Below, in pieces: positions 57,647 through 64,000 of a DNA stretch of 64,000 bases (the stretch's first letter is position 1; each line of letters opens with the position of its first letter). Origin of the DNA: a virus. The stretch covers positions 1 through 64,000 of the IMG/VR virus record IMGVR_UViG_3300046507_000506. One strand, 5' to 3'. The notes below the pieces were generated by a model, which saw only the letters and a program-made list of their open reading frames with translations, was not told where the DNA came from and ran no database searches. Made by a program: the position numbers and the translations under genes.

Positions 57647-57984
57647 AATACGCGCTCAAGCCCGGTTTCGCATTTCAGCCCGGTGACCTCGTGCCGGTGG
57701 AGGAGGGCACGGCGCGCCCGGCCGCGCTCACGATGGTTGCGCAGAAGGGCGAGCCTGAGCAGGGCAAGCTCGACCTGAAGGCCAAGCCGCGCAGGCCGTG
57801 GGAGGATGCTCACCCGAAAGTCACCGTGCCGTTTAATCTGCGGCCCAAGCAGGAGCTTCACGCCAAGCTCAAATGGCTCGCAGAACGGATGCCTGCCACG
57901 TCCATGCAGAAGATCGCCATGCAGGGCATCGAGGCCGAAGTAGACCGCCTGCTTAAAATCTACGACAAGCCCGACCGCGACTAA
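57643..57984 (+). CDS. Partition adaptor 2 (paralogous RHH)
   Basis: PWEDAHPKVTVPFNLRP...KLKWL...SMQKI. Confidence 0.7.
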   Translation: MKYALKPGFAFQPGDLVPVEEGTARPAALTMVAQKGEPEQGKLDLKAKPRRPWEDAHPKVTVPFNLRPKQELHAKLKWLAERMPATSMQKIAMQGIEAEVDRLLKIYDKPDRD

Positions 57985-58004
57985 GATAGATACGTCTATC
58001 GCCG

Positions 58005-58035
58005 AGCCCGACACTCGCAAGAGGTCGGGCTTTTT
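58005..58035 (+). terminator. Intrinsic terminator after par operon
   Basis: AGCCCGAC/GTCGGGCT plus T-run. Confidence 0.75.
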
Positions 58036-58157
58036 GCTTTTCAGGGTTGGAAATCTCTCAAAAAAACAACAAGGGGTTGTTGGTGTTTTTTAAAAGACAA
58101 CACCTTTAAAAACCTTTAGCCAGGCGAGAGCCTTATCTGGCTTGGCTTTGCCGGGAG

Positions 58158-58430
58158 ATAGGTAACCTTTCCGGGTTACTCAGGTAACCATTCCGGGTGA
58201 GGTTTTTGACGCTCAGGTAACCGTTTAGGGTTTGAAGTTACCGTATCGGGTAGACCCATCAAAACCCTCGAAAAACACGCCTAAGTAACTGATTTTAAAC
58301 GATATATATGCGTCTATATCCTCATTCAGGTAACTATATCGGGTTGCTCAGGTAACGAAATCGGGTTCCCGGCCTCGCGGACCTCGCTTGAGGTAACCAA
58401 ATCGGGTTTCAGGTAACCAAACCGGGTTTC
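58158..58430 (+). repeat. Plasmid origin iterons, consensus CAGGTAACC-N4-CGGGTT, ~8 copies in two clusters around an AT-rich spacer
   Basis: Copies near 58160, 58181, 58214, 58235, 58327, 58349, 58390, 58410. Confidence 0.85.
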
Positions 58431-58522
58431 CTTTGTGCGGCTCACCCTCTAAAGTAACCTTGCAAGTGTTGCGCATGGTTACTTTGCGGCGTACGATACC
58501 GCCGAATGAAGGAGGGCATCCA

Positions 58523-59755
58523 ATGCCGAGAGCAAAACCCAAGACACTGGAAGCGCCGCCGAGCATCGGCGGCCGTAGCGAAGTCAAGAAACACAATAAC
58601 GCAATTCACGTCAGCGGCGAGCTTTCGCTCGTTGGCCGCAAGCTCGTGAATGTGCTGCTGCTCAATGCATACGACAATCTCGCGCGGCAGCGCGATCACA
58701 CCATTCCGGTGCCGCTGCTGTGCGACCTGATCGGTTGGGAGAGTAGCGGCAACATCGACAGCCTCAAAGACGCGCTGCGTCAGTTGGCATCGACGCCAAT
58801 AGAGTTCGACCTGTTCAACCGCGACGGCAAGCCCACATGGGACGTTACCGCGATGGTTGCGCACGCACGCATTGAGGGCGGCGTGTGCCGGTACGAGTAC
58901 AGCAAATTCCTGTCTGAAAAACTCTCGGACCCGGAAATGTATTCGATCATCAATATCGGCGTGCAGCGCGAGTTCAAGGGCGCGTACTCCCTTACCCTAT
59001 ATGAGAACTGTCTGCGCTTTCGCGGCACAGAAAGCGGCTCGACGGGATGGTGGCCTATCGCGACGTGGCGCAAGGTGCTCGGCGCAAATGCCGCGCTATA
59101 CGACGAGTTCAAGTTCTTTTCGAGCAAGGTCATCAAGCCCGCCGTTGACGAAATCAACAAGGTTTCCGACCTGATCGTTGAGCCCGAATACCAGCGTAAG
59201 GGCCGCTTCGTCACAGATATCCGGTTTCTCGTGAAAGACAATCCGCAGCGTTCACTGCTCGACATGACGACAGACGCGAGCGGCGCAAAGGATTCGGACG
59301 CCTACAAACTGCTCGTTGAACTGGGCGTCGGCGCGACGCTCGCGCTCTCGATGGTGACGAAAGACGAGGCGCGCGCGGCTGAGATTGCCCGCTACACAAA
59401 GGAACGGCTCGATAGCGGTGAAATCACCGGCAGCGCGGGCGGCTATGCGCGCACGCTGTTCGAGACAAACGCGGTCGTGAAGAAACCGGCGAAACGAAAG
59501 GGTGCAGACAAGAAAGCCGATGGAGTGGGGGAGGGCGGGAGCGAGGCCGACGAGCAAGCCAGCAAGACGCGCGCGGCGGTTGCGGCGTTGACCGCAGAGG
59601 AGCGGGCCGCGCTCGCTGCCGAGTTCATCACGAACACCGGAACGAGCGCGACATATGATGCAGGCAAAGACAAGGTTGGCACCCTGGTGGAGACTCGCCA
59701 GTATCGCGACTTCACGCGGCAGCGGGCGGCCGACGTGATCGCCGCGCGCCGTTAG
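58523..59755 (+). CDS. repB: Rep3-family plasmid replication initiator (start MPRAKPK)
   Basis: KKHNNAI, YSLTLYE, FSSKVIKPAVDEIN, RKGRFVTDIRF; GAAGGAGG RBS. Confidence 0.9.
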   Translation: MPRAKPKTLEAPPSIGGRSEVKKHNNAIHVSGELSLVGRKLVNVLLLNAYDNLARQRDHTIPVPLLCDLIGWESSGNIDSLKDALRQLASTPIEFDLFNRDGKPTWDVTAMVAHARIEGGVCRYEYSKFLSEKLSDPEMYSIINIGVQREFKGAYSLTLYENCLRFRGTESGSTGWWPIATWRKVLGANAALYDEFKFFSSKVIKPAVDEINKVSDLIVEPEYQRKGRFVTDIRFLVKDNPQRSLLDMTTDASGAKDSDAYKLLVELGVGATLALSMVTKDEARAAEIARYTKERLDSGEITGSAGGYARTLFETNAVVKKPAKRKGADKKADGVGEGGSEADEQASKTRAAVAALTAEERAALAAEFITNTGTSATYDAGKDKVGTLVETRQYRDFTRQRAADVIAARR

Positions 59756-60231
59756 TGGTGCGCGTAGGTAATCGACGCCATCAACGCGGCGCATGCTGCG
59801 CTGCCGTCCGGCAGCGATACCGGCTGAGCGGCCGCCTTGTCGGCTGATGAACTTTCATCGGTTGCCGCCGTGCCCCAGTGCGACCATCCAAAGGCGCGCA
59901 CACCCGCCCACATGAGTTGACGTCTCCACCACGGCACCGCTGTAGCAGCCGATGCCTCGCGCAATACCGCGTCCGCGACGTCTCGCGTGACGATATGCGT
60001 TGAATAGAGGTAGTCATGCACCGTCGCCGCCGCGCTCGACGTGTCGCCTGCCAGTTCATAGATGACGGGCAGGCGCGGGACGCTCGCGAAATTGGTCACG
60101 AAGCCTTCAGGCACGGTGATCGTGAACCCGGCGACGTCGGACTGATAGACGAGGTCGGCGAGCAATAGCCAGTTACCGTCATCTTTATCCGTCGCAGGTT
60201 GTACCTTCAGAGCGGTTTTAAACTCGCTCAT
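59752..60231 (-). CDS. DUF1353 protein
   Basis: VPEGFVTNFASVPR, HDYLY, GVRAFG. Confidence 0.88.
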   Translation of the reverse strand: MSEFKTALKVQPATDKDDGNWLLLADLVYQSDVAGFTITVPEGFVTNFASVPRLPVIYELAGDTSSAAATVHDYLYSTHIVTRDVADAVLREASAATAVPWWRRQLMWAGVRAFGWSHWGTAATDESSSADKAAAQPVSLPDGSAACAALMASITYAHH

Positions 60232-60761
60232 TGCGTGTTCACTACCGCGAGCAGCAGCGCAGCCTGCATGCCGGTAATCGCGAGATTCGCAGCGGTCTTT
60301 TGAGGCTCAGTCAGGCTCGATGTTTTCACGAGCGTAAGCAGGCCCGGTAGCTGCGAATCGGCGAACGCTTTCACGGTTGCGAGGTCGAGTGTTGGCAAGG
60401 GCGCACCACTCACCGGGTGCGCAATCGCGGCGGCGACGGTGCAGACCTTACCCGCCCGGTCCTGCGCGTCTTTCAGGAACGCGATGGCGGCCGGGTCCGT
60501 CTCGATAACGATCATCGACGCGAGGAACGGCTGTCCGACAGTGCAGTTTTTATCGACCGTCACCGCGAGCGCCGCGAGCTTTTGCGCCGCTGCCTGAGCG
60601 GGCGTTTGCGTGCTGGCCGGTGCGGTGGCGGTTGCCTGCGCACCGCTGCCGGTTGCAATGGCCGTGGCAGGGCCGCTCGTGTTCACAGTGGCGCAACCTG
60701 CCATCATAGCCACGCCGACCAACGCGCCGGGCATCAAAATACGTCTGAACGATTTCTGCAT
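60228..60761 (-). CDS. Lysis-cassette lipoprotein, possible spanin
   Basis: Lipobox MAGC; hydrophobic C-terminus. Confidence 0.6.
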   Translation of the reverse strand: MQKSFRRILMPGALVGVAMMAGCATVNTSGPATAIATGSGAQATATAPASTQTPAQAAAQKLAALAVTVDKNCTVGQPFLASMIVIETDPAAIAFLKDAQDRAGKVCTVAAAIAHPVSGAPLPTLDLATVKAFADSQLPGLLTLVKTSSLTEPQKTAANLAITGMQAALLLAVVNTQ

Positions 60762-60804
60762 GTGTGTACCTGTAGAGGCAGTTAAAAAAGCGATCGCGCC
60801 GGGC

Positions 60805-61377
60805 TCAGTCGTGCCCGTCGCCTTCGAAGTGGTGAATGGTTGTCGTGCTCGAAAACACGTAACCCTCCAGGCCGTAGCGTTTCGCGACCCAGATAGGGAA
60901 GGGCGAATCGTGAATTCCGTCGTTCTTTCCGGTGTGGTGCTGCTTCGTGAGCAGCATGCCGTTGACCGTCATGTCATCCACGAACAGGTACGGATCGCGC
61001 GGCCTGACGATCTGCTTATCGTTTTCGAGCGGGTGCGCGGCCGGAATGACCGTCACAATCGGGTCTTTGAAAAATCCATCCCAATCGAATGCCTGCGCGT
61101 GCGGCCCCCACTGGCCTTTTTTGCAATCGGCTGCAAAACGATGCCAGTCGATCATGTTCGCCATCGATCTTTCGATGGGATAGTGATGGGCTTCCAGCGG
61201 ATGACCGCTTTCTTCGGCGGTTGCCCCCGAAATCCAGCAACGCCCACCCTCGCGCTCAATCAGTAGCTTTTTCGAGTGCGTGAAAAGCGCCGTCGTCGTT
61301 CGCGCCTCATGCCCCGGAATGTTGACTTCAACCGAGAGCGTTTCACGCTCGACGTGAACCTGTTCTACCGTGCTCAT
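60805..61377 (-). CDS. HNH-like protein in lysis cassette (start MSTVEQ)
   Basis: RCWISG...LEAHH...NGMLLTKQHH...GIH; ATGA overlap with endolysin. Confidence 0.65.
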   Translation of the reverse strand: MSTVEQVHVERETLSVEVNIPGHEARTTTALFTHSKKLLIEREGGRCWISGATAEESGHPLEAHHYPIERSMANMIDWHRFAADCKKGQWGPHAQAFDWDGFFKDPIVTVIPAAHPLENDKQIVRPRDPYLFVDDMTVNGMLLTKQHHTGKNDGIHDSPFPIWVAKRYGLEGYVFSSTTTIHHFEGDGHD

Positions 61378-62006
61378 GCAATCACTTCCTTCGTCAGTTG
61401 CCACAGGCCGATGCGCGCTGCACCGCCGATATCGCCGCCGTTGACGACGGCCGTCGTACCCTTGAAATTGCCGGTGTCGGCAATCTCGTTCAGGCCATGC
61501 GACTTCCAGAACCACGCACCGGCACGCGCTGCGTGCAGGGGCTGTTCGAGCAGTTCGGGATGCGCGATAACGTCGATCTTCAGGGCCGTTTTTGCGGCGA
61601 GGTAGTTCGCTTTTCCAGTCAGGTGCAACAGGCACCGGCCGCGATACGCAAAGCCGTCGCCGCTCGCCTCGTCGCCGTTGCCTAGCCGGTTTGCGTAGAC
61701 GTTGTTCCCGATGGCCTGCGGATTGCGTGCGAGGCGCAGCGCGAGCGCATTGGGCGGGCCGCCCCGTTTTCCGCTCGCGCTGTAGCGGTCCCATGTGTTC
61801 GCCAGCCCTTGCGCGGAGTAATTCAGGTTTTCCGACAGCCGCGACAGGCTTGCCGTCTCGTGCAGGCTTTGTGCGAGGAACATTTCAATGCGCTGTTCCG
61901 TCGTGATGCCAAACTCCAGCATCGCGGCATTGATCGCATCGACCCATACGGGGCTTGCGGCCGGACCCGGCGCAAGCCGCTGCAATTGCGCAAGCGTGAT
62001 CTGCAT
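61374..62006 (-). CDS. GH19 chitinase-like endolysin
   Basis: FLAQSLHET, ENLNYS, YRGRCLLHLTGKANY, WFW, VNGG. Confidence 0.92.
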   Translation of the reverse strand: MQITLAQLQRLAPGPAASPVWVDAINAAMLEFGITTEQRIEMFLAQSLHETASLSRLSENLNYSAQGLANTWDRYSASGKRGGPPNALALRLARNPQAIGNNVYANRLGNGDEASGDGFAYRGRCLLHLTGKANYLAAKTALKIDVIAHPELLEQPLHAARAGAWFWKSHGLNEIADTGNFKGTTAVVNGGDIGGAARIGLWQLTKEVIA

Positions 62007-62431
62007 TACGCGCCCTCGCCCGGCGTAGTGCCGCTCATACGGCTCACCCATGCCACGAAGCCGCTGACGGCCGGTTCAAGGATTCGCGAGCCGCTATAGC
62101 CGCCAAGCGTGATGAGCCCGGCCTGCACGACGGATTGCCAGTTGAAATACGAGCCGAGAAAGAAAATGCAGAGCCCCACCACAATCGAGGTCAACAGGTC
62201 TTTCACGATTTCGAGCGCCACGCTTCTGACGACAGTTGCCGGGTCCGCGATCTTTTGCGCCGTGTACGCCGAGCCGCCGATGATCGCGAGCAGCACTGAG
62301 ATGCCGATTGCAGCGGGCGGAATGTCGCGCAGGTCATGCGCGAACGTCACCTGAGCGGCGAGGGCAGCGGCCGACCAAAAGAGCAGCAGGAGCGCGTAAA
62401 AGAGTTGTTTCAGTTGCAGGCTTTGAAGCAT
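62006..62431 (-). CDS. Holin-like membrane protein
   Basis: Multiple TM helices directly upstream of endolysin. Confidence 0.7.
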   Translation of the reverse strand: MLQSLQLKQLFYALLLLFWSAAALAAQVTFAHDLRDIPPAAIGISVLLAIIGGSAYTAQKIADPATVVRSVALEIVKDLLTSIVVGLCIFFLGSYFNWQSVVQAGLITLGGYSGSRILEPAVSGFVAWVSRMSGTTPGEGA

Positions 62432-62841
62432 GTCGCGTCCTTGGAGCGTTGGTGTGCGTCAATCAGAGAAAAGGTCACGACGAGCAGCGCATGCCAAAGA
62501 CACGCTATCGCGAGGCCCAACGATGCGAGCTTGAGCACTGCGATAAACAACACGGCGACGTAACAGAAGGCGAGGAAGGCAAAGCCGAAGTGCCGGTGCG
62601 CTCGAACCCACGCGAATTGCACCGGCACGAGAGGTGTATCGTTGATGAGGACATCGAGCGCGCCCGCGATGCCACAGATGAGCATGAGCCAGAGCAGGGT
62701 GTAGCCCTCATCGCTAATGGCGATTTGGGCGTACAGGGATCGCGGCTCATTCATGCCGATGTACCACGTCAGAATGGCGACTCCACAGACGTACAGCCGG
62801 AACAGGGCACTTGCTACACACACTTGCGGGCGCGATTTCAT
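62410..62841 (-). CDS. Membrane protein (holin/antiholin candidate)
   Basis: Four hydrophobic segments. Confidence 0.65.
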   Translation of the reverse strand: MKSRPQVCVASALFRLYVCGVAILTWYIGMNEPRSLYAQIAISDEGYTLLWLMLICGIAGALDVLINDTPLVPVQFAWVRAHRHFGFAFLAFCYVAVLFIAVLKLASLGLAIACLWHALLVVTFSLIDAHQRSKDATCFKACN

Positions 62842-62871
62842 CGTGCGTCGCCTTAATCTAGGGTCACGGGT

Positions 62872-63123
62872 TCAGCGCATACGTCTCGCTGCCATCACCT
62901 TGCCAAGGCCGCCGATAGCGCGAACGATGTTATCGAGCCGTTCGCATATCGCCAGGAACCGGGAGCCTTGCGCCTCACGCGCCTTCTTCCAGTCCTCAAA
63001 CGCTTTGCTCTCAAACAGCGCCTTGCAGTCCGAGCGTTGCATGGCCATTGCCTTGTCCAAGGGTTGATCGAAGTTTAAGAACAGTGAGGCGACCTGCTCA
63101 TTCAGATTTTCCAGTGACGCCAA
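62872..63123 (-). CDS. Small protein; start uncertain (TTG 63123 or ATG 63048)
   Basis: LFESKAFEDWKKAREAQ...ICERLDNI reads as a real protein. Confidence 0.55.
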   Translation of the reverse strand: MASLENLNEQVASLFLNFDQPLDKAMAMQRSDCKALFESKAFEDWKKAREAQGSRFLAICERLDNIVRAIGGLGKVMAARRMR

Positions 63124-63877
63124 GCGCAAGCTCACCGACGACGGAACGCACGAGAAATCGCGCCGCAGGCGTGACCGCCTGCGCTCCGTGCGGTAGCAGT
63201 TTAGGCAGCACAATGACGCCCTCGCGGTCGAACCAGATTCTGAAAAACTGCGTGTCGCGGTCGAGCGCAATGCGATACTGCGCATACATGCGGTCGAACG
63301 TGGACGCAGGCAGGCCCGCCATCACGGCGATGCGCTTCGCCAGCCATTTCACATAGCCGGTTGCGTCCACGACGGCATCAGGCACGCCCTGCTCGTGATC
63401 GGATGCGCGCAGCAGTTGGGCGGCCATTGCAGCCGTCATCCAGTGCGCGACGCCTGTGAGTGTTGTCGAGCCTTGCAGCGATTCAATCGCTTCGGCCATT
63501 GCGCCGGTGAGCGGGTGAAGCGTCCAAGTATCGCCTGCCTCCTCGAACGTAGAGGGCTCAGGCAGGTCGCGCGCAACGTCCAGATAGTCTGACAGCGTGG
63601 ACGTGTCGGTGACCGCGTAGTCCGGCCGATCCTCGCGCGTATGCACGCAATAGTGCGCGAGGGCAAAGAGGCGTTCGCCGACGGTCCACGCGCGCGTATC
63701 GGACACATGGCGCGGCGAAGGCACGCCCGCGTATTCGACGGCGCGGCGCAAAAACTCGCTCATCGTCGCCTCGTGCGCGGTTTCATGCGTCTGACAGAGC
63801 GCGATTTCGTCGCCAAACGAGAGTTCGCGAAGGCGTACATCAAGGCGCGCGGTGCGCAGGGGTTCGAATCGGATCAT
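63098..63877 (-). CDS. P1-like morphogenesis protein (tail assembly/hub associated)
   Basis: LRTARLDVRLRELSFGD...WTVGER...HY pattern; context. Confidence 0.55.
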   Translation of the reverse strand: MIRFEPLRTARLDVRLRELSFGDEIALCQTHETAHEATMSEFLRRAVEYAGVPSPRHVSDTRAWTVGERLFALAHYCVHTREDRPDYAVTDTSTLSDYLDVARDLPEPSTFEEAGDTWTLHPLTGAMAEAIESLQGSTTLTGVAHWMTAAMAAQLLRASDHEQGVPDAVVDATGYVKWLAKRIAVMAGLPASTFDRMYAQYRIALDRDTQFFRIWFDREGVIVLPKLLPHGAQAVTPAARFLVRSVVGELALGVTGKSE

Positions 63878-64000
63878 TTGATGTTGAAATAGCCCGCAAC
63901 GTCTCGGCGGTCGATTGCCGTGAGCGTCGCAACGGTGAGTTGAACGGCCACATTGAGCACTTCACCCTGGCTTGTGCGCGGCACGGTGAAGGGCTTCGAA
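63874..64000 (-). CDS. 3' end of tail/baseplate protein; truncated by window edge
   Basis: SKPFTVPRTSQGEVLNVAVQLTVATLTAIDRRDVAGYFNIK*; ATGA overlap. Confidence 0.55.
   Translation of the reverse strand, partial: SKPFTVPRTSQGEVLNVAVQLTVATLTAIDRRDVAGYFNIK

Noticed and set aside
63098-63130. Programmed frameshift joining 63098-63877 to the downstream ORF
   Set aside because: Would need +1/-2 rather than the usual -1; no canonical slippery heptamer; independent TTG/ATG starts with RBS exist.

Overview
GC-rich 64-kb segment of a temperate phage-plasmid, probably of a Burkholderiales host (inferred from composition and gene content). It combines P1-like (punavirus-type) contractile-tail and packaging genes (PacA/PacB, prohead protease, baseplate, tail fibre), a lambdoid CI/Cro switch, an ERF/YqaJ/RdgC recombination module and a GH19 lysis cassette. 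There are two replicons: a Rep3 initiator with iterons plus a ParA partition locus, and an HTH initiator with internal repeats. Late operons lie on the - strand, interleaved with early accessory operons on the + strand. Portal, capsid, sheath and tape measure genes are outside the window. The most striking unexplained element is a ~780-nt non-coding region (33872-34648). It starts at the predicted +1 of a sigma70-type promoter and is tiled by ~8 back-to-back stem-closed RNA modules. Two modules are tRNA mimics and two are paralogous scaffolds with compensatory base changes and different interiors. A second structured-RNA cluster lies in a late leader (22242-22533). Also found by eye: a late-promoter motif with invariant spacing (GGAAAA-N29-[-10], 6 strong and 2 possible copies), two dispersed operator families, and a duplicated cassette of promoter, micro-ORF, adaptor and enzyme carrying a PelA-like glycoside hydrolase and an FAD oxidoreductase. 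All family assignments are from motif recognition, not database searches.
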